A model generated the notes under the pieces. That model was not told the DNA's origin and ran no database searches. It worked only from the letters and a program-made list of their open reading frames with translations. Of a stretch of 42,578 nt of DNA, positions 7,760 through 15,409 are shown one piece after another. Every line of letters begins with the position of its first letter. The stretch's first letter is position 1. Position numbers and translations under genes: made by a program. The DNA is from Candidatus Yanofskybacteria bacterium. GTDB taxonomy: Bacteria; Patescibacteriota; Minisyncoccia; 2-02-FULL-40-12; IGHO2-12-FULL-4. The stretch is from NCBI GenBank assembly GCA_016181105.1, contig JACOZX010000003.1, positions 1 to 42,578 of the forward strand, in the 5' to 3' direction.

Positions 7760-8587
7760 ATGCCGAAGATTTATAAACCGACAACTGCATCAAGAAGGCA
7801 CATGATGGGATATGATTTCTCGAATTTGTCTAAAGTTGAACCGTTGAAATCTAAAACGAAGTCTTTTAAGCGCGCAATAGGCAGAAACAGCGGCGGCCTG
7901 ATAACAGTCAGGCATAAAGGCGGCGGAGTCAAAAGATTGTACAGGGAAATTGATTTTAGACAGAATAAAATTAATGTTGTTGGCGAAGTCTTTTCAATTG
8001 AGTATGATCCCAACCGGACTTCTCGTATTGCCAGGGTTCATTATGCCGATGGCTACAGAGCCTACATTCTGGCCCCGGAAGGTCTAAAGATTGGCGACAA
8101 AGTTATTACTGCAGACAAAGTTCAGCTTAAACCGGGAAATCGGGCTAAGCTGAAAAACATTCCACAAGGTACGGAAGTCTATAATATCGAGATGTTTCCG
8201 GGCTCAAAAGCCAGTTTAGTTCGTTCTGCCGGTTCAAAAGCCGTGGTGATGTCCAAAGATGCCGGCCGTGTTCAAGTCCAGCTTCCTTCTTCAGAATTAA
8301 GACAATTTTCAGAAAATGCCATGGCCTCAATTGGCAGGCTTTCAAATCAGGAGCACAGTTCTATTGTCATTGGCAAAGCCGGACGTTCCAGACATTTGGG
8401 CGTCAGGCCTTCTGTCAGAGGTTCTGTTATGAATCCTGTTGACCATCCGCATGGCGGAGGTGAAGGTAAGCAGCCGATTGGTTTAACTGGACCCAAGACG
8501 CCTTGGGGCAAGCCGGCGCGCGGAGTCAAGACGAGAAACAAGAAAAAGGGAAGCTGGAGGTTTATAGTCAGGCGCAGAAGTAAATAA
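7760..8587 (+). CDS. rplB: 50S ribosomal protein L2
   Basis: MPKIYKPTTASRRHM...GRNS.G.ITVRHKGGG.KR.YR.IDF...MNPVDHPHGGGEGK. ATG at 7760. Confidence 0.96.
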   Translation: MPKIYKPTTASRRHMMGYDFSNLSKVEPLKSKTKSFKRAIGRNSGGLITVRHKGGGVKRLYREIDFRQNKINVVGEVFSIEYDPNRTSRIARVHYADGYRAYILAPEGLKIGDKVITADKVQLKPGNRAKLKNIPQGTEVYNIEMFPGSKASLVRSAGSKAVVMSKDAGRVQVQLPSSELRQFSENAMASIGRLSNQEHSSIVIGKAGRSRHLGVRPSVRGSVMNPVDHPHGGGEGKQPIGLTGPKTPWGKPARGVKTRNKKKGSWRFIVRRRSK

Positions 8588-8829
8588 ATTAAATATGTCT
8601 AGAAGCATAAAAAAAGCGAGTTTGTCCGGAGCGCAACCGAGCAAAGCGAGGTGAGCACCGCGAGACAAACGAAGTCCCGCTCCATCTGGCATCGAAGTTG
8701 TGAGTTAAGATAGCCAAAGCCGAAGGCGAGCCATCGGTTGGGTAAGGTAAAAACATAACTATGATTCCAGATGGGGCGGCTAGTGACAAAAGTAAGGAGA
8801 GTAAAAATAATTAACCGTCCAATACCAAT
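8588..8829 (+). other. Structured, GC-richer insert between rplB and rpsS, containing a 19-codon decoy ORF (8595-8654) that repeats the rpsS start
   Basis: Long-range 13-pair stem 8677-8689 / 8767-8779, stem 8620-8626 / 8664-8670, and bulged stem 8714-8723 / 8734-8741. ATGTCTAGAAGCATAAAAAAA at 8595 encodes MSRSIKK, as does the real rpsS start at 8830. Confidence 0.6.
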
Positions 8830-9177
8830 ATGAGTCGAAGTATAAAAAAGGGAGTGTTTGTTAATCCGAAATTGCTTAAGAAGTTAGGTAAACTTAGGGT
8901 TGGCGATAAAACTGTGATTAAAACTTGGGCAAGGTCTTCTACTATAACACCGGAGATGATCGGCTTTACTTTCGGTGTTCATAACGGCAAAATTCACATT
9001 CCTGTTTTCGTTACAGAAGACATGGTCGGACACAAGCTGGGAGAATTTTCGCTTACCAGAAAATTTGTCAGACATGGCGGAAGGATGCAGAAGGAGCTGG
9101 AAATAGCCGCCAAGCAAAAGGAAATAGACGCCGCTAAAGCCGCAAAGGCAGAAACAGCCGCGCCTGAAAAGAAATAA
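8830..9177 (+). CDS. rpsS: 30S ribosomal protein S19 (Lys/Ala-rich C-terminal extension)
   Basis: [11 protein letters not shown]...[35 protein letters not shown]. Confidence 0.95.
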   Translation: MSRSIKKGVFVNPKLLKKLGKLRVGDKTVIKTWARSSTITPEMIGFTFGVHNGKIHIPVFVTEDMVGHKLGEFSLTRKFVRHGGRMQKELEIAAKQKEIDAAKAAKAETAAPEKK

Positions 9178-9191
9178 GCTAATCAAATAAT

Positions 9192-9725
9192 ATGCAAATT
9201 ACGGCACAATTAAATCATTTGAGAATAGCCCCAAGAAAAGTAAGATTGGTGGCCGGTTTAATTAAAGGAATGGACGTTGCGGTAGCGGAACACCAGCTTT
9301 TGTTTCTTGTTAAAAGGTCATCCGGTCCTTTGGCTAAATTATTGAAATCAGCGGTTGCCAACGCCGAAAATAATTTTGGTTTACTGAAAGACAATTTGTA
9401 TATAAAAGATTTGGTTGTGAATGAGGGCGTAAAGATCAAAAGGTTTATGCCTAGAGCTATGGGTCAAGCCAGTATGATTCAAAGAAAATCCTCACACATA
9501 AAAATTACTTTGGACGAAAAAGTGCCCGGCTTAAAGCATTCTGCCTCTAAAGCTGAAGCCGTCGGCGACAAATCTTTAAAACCCAAAGAAGGATTGTCTG
9601 AAGATTCCGATTTGCAGAAGCAGGGCAGTTTTGGCGCCGGCACAAAAAAAGAAATATCCAAGAAAGGCGTTTTTGGCGGGGTTAAAGACATAGGCAGAAA
9701 ACTGTTTAGAAGGAAAAGTATTTAA
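9192..9725 (+). CDS. rplV: 50S ribosomal protein L22 (C-terminal extension of about 65 aa)
   Basis: LRIAPRKVRLVA.LI.G..V..A...L.F......A..L.K...SA.ANAE. Operon position fits. Confidence 0.93.
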   Translation: MQITAQLNHLRIAPRKVRLVAGLIKGMDVAVAEHQLLFLVKRSSGPLAKLLKSAVANAENNFGLLKDNLYIKDLVVNEGVKIKRFMPRAMGQASMIQRKSSHIKITLDEKVPGLKHSASKAEAVGDKSLKPKEGLSEDSDLQKQGSFGAGTKKEISKKGVFGGVKDIGRKLFRRKSI

Positions 9726-9733
9726 AAAATAAA

Positions 9734-10378
9734 ATGGGACAAAAAATATCACCAACATCTTTTAGACTCGGTTTTAATAAGGATTGGCTTTCCCGCTGGT
9801 TTGGTTTGGGCAAGAAATATGTAGAGTACTTCAGGGAGGATTTTGGAATCAGGCAATTTTTGAACAAAAAGCTTAAGAACATGAGCATAGATAGGGTGGA
9901 GATAGAAAAAAGTCCCGATGTTTTGACCATTATCATACACACCGCGCGGCCGGGTTTGTTGATCGGCCGGGGCGGTACCGGCGCCGAAGACTTGAAAAAA
10001 GAAGTTTCCAAATTGGTTAAAAGAAAAACTGCTATTAGGATAGACATACAAGAATATAAAAGTCCGGAAACTTCGGCGGCAATCATGGCGGAATCCGTTG
10101 TCGAACAAATAGAAAAAAGAATGCCTTTCAGAAGAGTCTTAAAGCAGACTTTGGCCAAGATTACTGCCAACAAAAAAGAAGTCAGAGGAGCTAAGATAGA
10201 GGTTGCCGGCCGGCTTAACGGAGCGGAAATTGCCAGAACAGAACACTTGGAAGAAGGAAATCTGCCCTTACAAACGTTGCGCGCCGTGATAGATTATGCC
10301 AAAAGGACAGCTCATACGACTTATGGAACGATTGGCGTTAAGGTTTGGATATATAAAGGAGAACGTTTTAATTCTTAA
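9734..10378 (+). CDS. rpsC: 30S ribosomal protein S3
   Basis: [13 protein letters not shown]...RPG.LIGRGG...L......[11 protein letters not shown]....G..PL.TLRA.IDYA. Confidence 0.96.
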   Translation: MGQKISPTSFRLGFNKDWLSRWFGLGKKYVEYFREDFGIRQFLNKKLKNMSIDRVEIEKSPDVLTIIIHTARPGLLIGRGGTGAEDLKKEVSKLVKRKTAIRIDIQEYKSPETSAAIMAESVVEQIEKRMPFRRVLKQTLAKITANKKEVRGAKIEVAGRLNGAEIARTEHLEEGNLPLQTLRAVIDYAKRTAHTTYGTIGVKVWIYKGERFNS

Positions 10379-10395
10379 ATCGGTTAATTTTTAAT

Positions 10396-10800
10396 ATGCT
10401 ACAGCCAAAAAGAATAAAACATCGCAAAGTGCATCCGGGCAGACTTCAAAAAAAGGCGACAAGAGGCTTTACTTTAAGCTTTGGCAGTTTTGGCTTAAAA
10501 GCTTTAGAATCTGCTTGGATAAATTCCCGTCAGATAGAATCATCCAGGCGCACCATGACAAGATTTATACAGCGTGGCGGAAAAATTTGGATAAGAATTT
10601 TTCCGGATAAGCCGATAACGGCTAAACCGCCGGAAGTCGGAATGGGTGGAGGAGCCGGAGCTTTGAAGGAATTTGTGGCGCCCGTAGCCGCCGGCAGAAT
10701 TTTATTTGAAATGGACGGTGTGACTGAAAATGTTGCCAGAGAGGCCTTCCGTTTGGCGGCTTTCAAGCTGCCCGTAAAAACCCAATTTGTTAAGAGATAA
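10396..10800 (+). CDS. rplP: 50S ribosomal protein L16
   Basis: MLQPKR.KHRK...GR......G..L.FG.FGLKA......RQIE..RR...R...[21 protein letters not shown]. Confidence 0.96.
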   Translation: MLQPKRIKHRKVHPGRLQKKATRGFTLSFGSFGLKALESAWINSRQIESSRRTMTRFIQRGGKIWIRIFPDKPITAKPPEVGMGGGAGALKEFVAPVAAGRILFEMDGVTENVAREAFRLAAFKLPVKTQFVKR

Positions 10801-10805
10801 TTTTT

Positions 10806-10997
10806 ATGAAATTTAAAGAAATTAAAACAAAAAACAAGGAAGAATTGCAGGAATCACTTAAAAGTCTGCGCATCAAATTGGGTAAAATGCTTTTTGATTT
10901 GAACAGCAACAGCTTAAAAGATTTTAGCCAGATCAAGAAAACAAGGAGAGACATAGCGAGAACTTTGACGGCCTTAAAATTGTCAGTTAGCAACTAA
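10806..10997 (+). CDS. rpmC: 50S ribosomal protein L29
   Basis: 63 aa, with the pattern ...EL...L..L...L..LRF...........IKK.RRDIAR..T. Lies between rplP and rpsQ. Confidence 0.9.
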   Translation: MKFKEIKTKNKEELQESLKSLRIKLGKMLFDLNSNSLKDFSQIKKTRRDIARTLTALKLSVSN

Positions 10998-11007
10998 TAA
11001 GTTATTT

Positions 11008-11262
11008 ATGGACCAAAAAGATAAAACACAACGTATTTTAAAGGGAGTCGTGGTTTCTGATAAAATGCAAAAAACAATTGTGGTTGAAGTCAGCCGTCTT
11101 AGAAAACATCCGAAATACAAAAAATATTTTAAGATTTCCAAGAAGTATAAAGTGCATGATGAACAGAATGAATACCATACCGGAGACAAGGTCTTGATTC
11201 AGGAAACCAGGCCTTTGTCTAAGGATAAAAGATTTAAGGTTTATTCAGGGGTTAGTAAGTAA
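11008..11262 (+). CDS. rpsQ: 30S ribosomal protein S17
   Basis: G.VVSDKM.KTIVV.V.R...HP.Y.K......K...HDE.NE...GD.V.I.E.RPLSK.K.F. Confidence 0.94.
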   Translation: MDQKDKTQRILKGVVVSDKMQKTIVVEVSRLRKHPKYKKYFKISKKYKVHDEQNEYHTGDKVLIQETRPLSKDKRFKVYSGVSK

Positions 11263-11272
11263 TTTTTATATT

Positions 11273-11638
11273 ATGTTACAGATGCGTTCAATAATTGATG
11301 TAGCGGACAACAGCGGAGCCAAAAAAGTTGGCCTTATTAAGGTTTTAGGCGGTACACGCAAAAGATATGCTCAAATCGGGGATATAATTGTTGTTTCCGT
11401 AAAGGTGGCTGAACCGCGCAAGCAGATAAAGAAAAAAGATGTTGTCCGGGCTTTGGTGGTCAGACAGAGACAGCCTTTTCGCCGTCCGGATGGAAGTTAT
11501 ATCAGATTTGACGATAACGCAGTCGTTATTTTAGAGGGTAAGGAGCCAAAAGGCGGTCGTATTTTTGGTCCAATACCAAGAGAGGTTAAAGAAAGAGGTT
11601 ATGATACGATTGCAAGTTTGGCGCAAGAAGTTGTTTGA
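11273..11638 (+). CDS. rplN: 50S ribosomal protein L14
   Basis: [25 protein letters not shown].....A.IGD.IV.SVK...P........VV.A..VR......R.DGS.I.FD.NA.V. TGA stop at 11636-11638. Confidence 0.96.
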   Translation: MLQMRSIIDVADNSGAKKVGLIKVLGGTRKRYAQIGDIIVVSVKVAEPRKQIKKKDVVRALVVRQRQPFRRPDGSYIRFDDNAVVILEGKEPKGGRIFGPIPREVKERGYDTIASLAQEVV

Positions 11639-11644
11639 GCGCAA

Positions 11645-11876
11645 GTTTAGTCAATATTCCTTTTTTCCGAACGCTCGTTTTCCCCAGCGAGGAAAACTTC
11701 GCTCGTATCAGGATGTGGATTCTGTCCAGCAGACTGTCCAGACCCCGCCATTAAACTTACAGCTTATTCGTCCCTATCGGTCCGAATGGGCTGTAAGATT
11801 CAATGGCTATGCAACCTGCCTGTCGGCAGACAGGTCCACAACCTGATGCGTCTCCAAAAAGCAATATCGTCTAAAC
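11645..11876 (+). repeat. 232-nt hairpin element between rplN and rplX, of the same family as 33506-33668
   Basis: Outer stem 11645-11665 / 11856-11876 (18 of 21 pairs). Inner stems 11707-11719 / 11835-11847 (12 of 13), 11746-11751 / 11802-11807, 11756-11763 / 11790-11797, and 11819-11824 / 11829-11834. Shares collinear blocks with the element after lepA (TTTTTCCGRACGCTYG, CCAGCGA, TTCGCT, TGTGGATT, AAAAGCAATA). Confidence 0.7.
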
Positions 11877-11904
11877 TTGCCGGGAAATCATATAAAAAAA
11901 TCAT

Positions 11905-12222
11905 ATGAAAATCAAGAAAAATGACAAAGTAAAAATGCTTTCTGGAAAAGATCGCGGTAAAACCGGCAAGGTAATTTTTGTTTTAAGCAAAAAGGACGAA
12001 GCAAACAGAGTGGTGGTAGAGGGCTTGAACAAAGTGAAGAAACACCAGCGGCCCAAAAAGCAGGGACAGAAAGGTCAGATTGTTTCGGTAGAAAGAGCGG
12101 TTAGCGTTTCTTCTGTTCAGTTGGTTTGTCCAAGTTGCGGTAAGCCGACCAGAATAAGCCAAAAAATTGAAGGCAAAAACAAGACAAGAATTTGTAAAAA
12201 ATGCGGAGCAATGATTAGCTGA
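11905..12222 (+). CDS. rplX: 50S ribosomal protein L24 (with a C-terminal CxxC...CxxC zinc-ribbon extension)
   Basis: MKIKKNDKVK.LSGKD.GKTGKV......K..V.VEG.N..KKH.... followed by CPSCGKPTR...RICKKCG. Confidence 0.93.
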   Translation: MKIKKNDKVKMLSGKDRGKTGKVIFVLSKKDEANRVVVEGLNKVKKHQRPKKQGQKGQIVSVERAVSVSSVQLVCPSCGKPTRISQKIEGKNKTRICKKCGAMIS

Positions 12223-12239
12223 TAGCTGATAAACAAATT

Positions 12240-12785
12240 ATGTCGTTACCACGCGTACTAACAAAATATAGAAAAGAAGTGATTCCCGCTATGCGGGCCA
12301 AGTTTGGTTACAAGAATGTGATGCAGGTACCCAAATTAGTAAAGGTCGTTTTAAACATTGGTATAGGCAAGCATGTAAAAGATGACAAAATGCTGGCTAA
12401 CATTGAGAAGGATTTGGCTTTGCTTTCCGGACAAAAACCGGTGCCGACTTTTGCCAAAAAATCAATCTCCGGTTTTAAAATAAGGGCCGGCATGAAGATT
12501 GGCTACAAACTGACCTTGCGCGGAAACAGAATGTATGGTTTTATAGATAGATTAATTTCTATTGCGTTGCCCAGAACAAAAGACTTCAGGGGCATAGACA
12601 CGAAGTCTTTTGACGCAAAAAGCGTATTGAACATGGGCATTTTAGAACATAGTGTTTTTCCGGAGATCCACTACGAATCGCTTAAAGACGTGTTTAGCTT
12701 TGAGATAGCGGTAGTGACTAACGCCCGCAAAAAAGAAGAAACAATAGAACTATTAAAGTTGCTGGGCTTTCCGATTAAAAAGTAA
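12240..12785 (+). CDS. rplE: 50S ribosomal protein L5
   Basis: N.MQVPKL.KVV.N.G.G...D.K.L......L..ISGQKP..T.AKKSI..FK.R.GM.IG.K.TLRG..MY.F.DRL. Operon position fits. Confidence 0.96.
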   Translation: MSLPRVLTKYRKEVIPAMRAKFGYKNVMQVPKLVKVVLNIGIGKHVKDDKMLANIEKDLALLSGQKPVPTFAKKSISGFKIRAGMKIGYKLTLRGNRMYGFIDRLISIALPRTKDFRGIDTKSFDAKSVLNMGILEHSVFPEIHYESLKDVFSFEIAVVTNARKKEETIELLKLLGFPIKK

Positions 12786-12806
12786 GTTTAAATATTTTTA
12801 GGACTT

Positions 12807-12992
12807 ATGGCCAAAGAATCAACAAGAGCAAGAGCCAGGAAAAAACCGAAATTTTCTACCAGAATTGTCAGGCGTTGTTTTATTTGCGGCAGAAAGTATG
12901 GTTATATGCGCAAGTTTGATGTTTGCCGTATTCACTTTAGGGAATTGGCCAGCGAAGGTCTTTTGCCCGGGATTAAAAAATCAAGCTGGTAG
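12807..12992 (+). CDS. rpsN: 30S ribosomal protein S14 (short, type Z)
   Basis: 61 aa. MAKES...R..KKPKFSTR...RC..CGR..GY.RKF..CRI.FRELA..G..PG..K.SW. Confidence 0.94.
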   Translation: MAKESTRARARKKPKFSTRIVRRCFICGRKYGYMRKFDVCRIHFRELASEGLLPGIKKSSW

Positions 12993-13014
12993 CAAACTGT
13001 TTTAAATAAAAAAT

Positions 13015-13416
13015 ATGATTAATTCAGTCGCCGACATGTTAATAAGAATAAAAAACGCTCAAATGGCTGGTAAAGAGCGTGTTTTGGTGCCTTTTTCCAA
13101 GGCTAAATTTGAAGTCGTCAAAATACTGAAAGAAAATAATTTGGTTCAAGACTTTGAGAGAAAAAAGAAAAAAGTTACCAAAACAGAACATGCGTTTTTA
13201 GAAATCAAACTGGATTTAAATCGTGAAAGAACGCCAATTGCCGGAGTAAAGGTCCTAAGCAAGCCATCACGAAGAATTTACTTGGGCAAGAGAGATATTA
13301 AACCGGTTGTCTCCGGTTTTGGTATTTCTATAATTTCAACTTCACGCGGAATTATGAGCGGACAGGATGCCAGAAAAAATAACTTAGGCGGAGAGTTAAT
13401 CGCGGAAATTTGGTAA
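13015..13416 (+). CDS. rpsH: 30S ribosomal protein S8
   Basis: D.L.RIKNA......V..P.SK.K..V..IL...N...........SKPSRR.Y.........V..G.GI.I.STS.G.M....A.....GGE...E.W. Confidence 0.95.
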   Translation: MINSVADMLIRIKNAQMAGKERVLVPFSKAKFEVVKILKENNLVQDFERKKKKVTKTEHAFLEIKLDLNRERTPIAGVKVLSKPSRRIYLGKRDIKPVVSGFGISIISTSRGIMSGQDARKNNLGGELIAEIW

Positions 13417-13425
13417 CTTTTAAAT

Positions 13426-13974
13426 ATGAGTAGAATTGGAAAAAAATTTATATTGTTGCCGAAAGGAGTTGAACTGAAAGTTCAAGATGGTTTTATTATT
13501 TCCAAAGGACCAAACGGCGAGCTTAAGAAAAAACTGGATCCTAGGATAACAGTCCAAGTTCAGGCCGAGGAAGTCTTTGTCAGACCAAAAGAAGGAGCGG
13601 CGGAAGAAGTTGACTCTCTTTGGGGCCTGTACCGGTCATTGATTTCCAACATGGTGAAAGGCGTTTCTGCTCCATTTGAAAAGATCTTAACTTTTCAGGG
13701 CGTTGGTTTTCGGGCGGCAGTAAAGGGCAGTGACTTGGAACTGCATTTAGGATTCACGAATCCCGTTACTATCAAAGGTCCCGACGGAATTTCTTTCAAA
13801 GTAGAGAAAAATAAAATTATAGTTTCCGGAATTGATAAAGAGACGGTTGGTCAGGTGGCCGCTGACATAAGAAAACAAAGAAAGCCCGAGCCTTATCAAG
13901 GCAGCGGCATTAAGTATGAAAAAGAAGTAATCGTCAGAAAAGCCGGCAAAAAAGCTGCCACGGCAGCGGCCTAA
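13426..13974 (+). CDS. rplF: 50S ribosomal protein L6
   Basis: MSRIGKK.I..P.GV......G....KGP.GEL...L......GVG.RA...G..L.L.LGF..PV.......RK.EPY.G.GIKY..E....K.GK. Confidence 0.95.
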   Translation: MSRIGKKFILLPKGVELKVQDGFIISKGPNGELKKKLDPRITVQVQAEEVFVRPKEGAAEEVDSLWGLYRSLISNMVKGVSAPFEKILTFQGVGFRAAVKGSDLELHLGFTNPVTIKGPDGISFKVEKNKIIVSGIDKETVGQVAADIRKQRKPEPYQGSGIKYEKEVIVRKAGKKAATAAA

Positions 13975-13992
13975 CATTCTTAGATTCTAAAA

Positions 13993-14343
13993 ATGCATAA
14001 AAAAACAAACAAAAGAACACAACGGCAAAAAAGACATATTCGTGTCAGAGCCAAAGTTAACGGCACAAAAGAGATGCCCAGGATTTCTGTTTTTCGCAGC
14101 GCAAAACACATTTATGCTCAAGTGGTTGACGATACTGCCGGTAAAACTATTTTTTCCGTTAGCGACGGTAAGCTAAAAGAAAAAAACAAAATTAAAAAAT
14201 CTTTTATGGCGGGTGAAATGCTTGGTCAAACAATAAAAAAAGAAGGTGTTTCTAAAGTGATTTTTGATCGTGGAGGTTTTAAATATCACGGCCGAGTCAA
14301 GGCTTTGGCAGAAGGCCTTAGAAGCGCCGGAGTGAAACTCTAA
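13993..14343 (+). CDS. rplR: 50S ribosomal protein L18
   Basis: R..RH.R.R.K..GT...PR..VFRS.KHIYAQV.DD..G.T...S.........A...G........G...V.FDRGG..YHGRVKALAEG.R..G. Confidence 0.95.
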   Translation: MHKKTNKRTQRQKRHIRVRAKVNGTKEMPRISVFRSAKHIYAQVVDDTAGKTIFSVSDGKLKEKNKIKKSFMAGEMLGQTIKKEGVSKVIFDRGGFKYHGRVKALAEGLRSAGVKL

Positions 14344-14358
14344 ACTTAATTTTGACCT

Positions 14359-14958
14359 ATGAATAAAAATTTTAATAACTTCAACAGCAAAGACAAAGGC
14401 GGCAAGAGCGGTTCTGCTAACTGGCGCAAAAAGGACGGTCCGGGTTTGGACAGAAAGTCTGACTTTGACCAGAAAGTTTTGGATATTGCCAGAGTTACCA
14501 GGGTTACCAAAGGAGGCAAGCGTTTCAGTTTCAGGGCAACTGTTGTTATCGGCGACAAAAAAGGCTCGGTTGGTTTAGGTGTGGCTCAAGGCAAAGACGT
14601 CTCGCAATCTATTCAGAAAGCTGTTCACCAGGCAAAAAAAGGCTTAATCAAAGTTCAGGTTAAAAACGGAACAATTTTGCATCAGGTTACCGCTAAATTC
14701 AGCAGCGCGGTGGTTATTCTCAAGCCGGCCGGACCGGGTAATGGTGTGAAAGCCGGCGGGCCAGTCAGAGCGGTTGCAAAACTTAGCGGCATAGAAAATA
14801 TAACTGCCAAACTTTTGTCCAGAACGGGTAATAAAATAAATATAGCCAAAGCCGCTTTGGAAGCTCTGAAAAAACTTAGATTGGAAATTATTGCTTCAGA
14901 AATTAAAACAGAAGTTAAAACGGAGGTTAATAACCCGCAAATAAATGCAACTACATGA
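14359..14958 (+). CDS. rpsE: 30S ribosomal protein S5 (N- and C-terminal extensions)
   Basis: V..I.RV.RV.KGGKRFSFRA.VV.GD..G.VG.G...GKDV..AI.KA...AKK.L. Overlaps the rplO start by 14 nt. Confidence 0.95.
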   Translation: MNKNFNNFNSKDKGGKSGSANWRKKDGPGLDRKSDFDQKVLDIARVTRVTKGGKRFSFRATVVIGDKKGSVGLGVAQGKDVSQSIQKAVHQAKKGLIKVQVKNGTILHQVTAKFSSAVVILKPAGPGNGVKAGGPVRAVAKLSGIENITAKLLSRTGNKINIAKAALEALKKLRLEIIASEIKTEVKTEVNNPQINATT

Positions 14959-15403
14959 ACTGAAAAAATCAAATAAGCCTAAGGAGAGAAAGCGGGTTGG
15001 CCGCGGCGGCAAAAGGGGTACTTTTTCCGGACGGGGCAGTAAGGGTCAGATGGCCAGAGGCGCCAGACTGGGCGCCGATTTCAGGGGCGGTAATGCTCCG
15101 ATATGGAAGCTTTTTCCCAAAAAAAGAGGCTCAAACAAAAAGGTTGAAATTAAGCACCGCAGTTTTAAGTTGAGACAAAATAAACCGGATATTGTTAGTT
15201 TAGCCAAAATTAACAACGCTTTTAAAGAAGGAGACCTGGTAAGTCCCGAGACTTTGAACGAGAAAAAAGTTACCAGAACCAAGACTGAAAAAATCAAACT
15301 GCTTGGTGGCGGTGAGCTTGGCAAAAAACTTATTTTTTCAGGAATTATATTTTCTGGTCAGGCCAGAGAAAAAGTTCTAAAGTCGGGATCTGAAATAAAA
15401 TAA
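14945..15403 (+). CDS. rplO: 50S ribosomal protein L15
   Basis: MQLHELK......RKRVGRGG.RG..SGRG.KGQ..R. Follows rpsE directly, with no L30 gene between them. Confidence 0.94.
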   Translation: MQLHELKKSNKPKERKRVGRGGKRGTFSGRGSKGQMARGARLGADFRGGNAPIWKLFPKKRGSNKKVEIKHRSFKLRQNKPDIVSLAKINNAFKEGDLVSPETLNEKKVTRTKTEKIKLLGGGELGKKLIFSGIIFSGQAREKVLKSGSEIK

Positions 15404-15409
15404 ATTTTT

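Noticed and set aside
8588-8829. Identity of the structured inserts (here, 11645-11876 and 33506-33668) as SRP RNA, 6S RNA or tmRNA.
   Set aside because: I looked for the SRP domain IV motif (GNRA loop flanked by AGCA/GGAA-type symmetric loop), a tRNA-like 3' end with TTCGA and CCA, and a 6S central bubble. None matched convincingly. The presence of multiple related copies also argues against single-copy housekeeping RNAs.
8616-8850. Group I or group II intron interrupting rpsS. This would explain the duplicated MSRSIKK codons by splicing.
   Set aside because: No in-phase junction gives a 5' exon ending in U together with an intron ending in G. There are no GUGYG...AY boundaries, and 235 nt is far too short for group II. 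The downstream copy has its own ATG and needs no splicing. This is kept only as a remote possibility in the finding.
9706-10173. 155-aa and 119-aa minus-strand ORFs.
   Set aside because: They are antisense to rpsC, which is unambiguous on the plus strand. They have no RBS or family resemblance and are typical shadow ORFs of AT-rich coding sequence. The same reasoning applies to the other minus-strand ORFs overlapping fusA, tuf, rplB, secY, map and lepA, and to the plus-strand ORFs inside ftsH (34387-35907).
11565-11846. 93-aa plus-strand ORF.
   Set aside because: It starts out of frame inside rplN and runs through the hairpin element. Its Arg/Ser/Pro-rich composition reflects the GC-rich structured DNA. 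It has no RBS.
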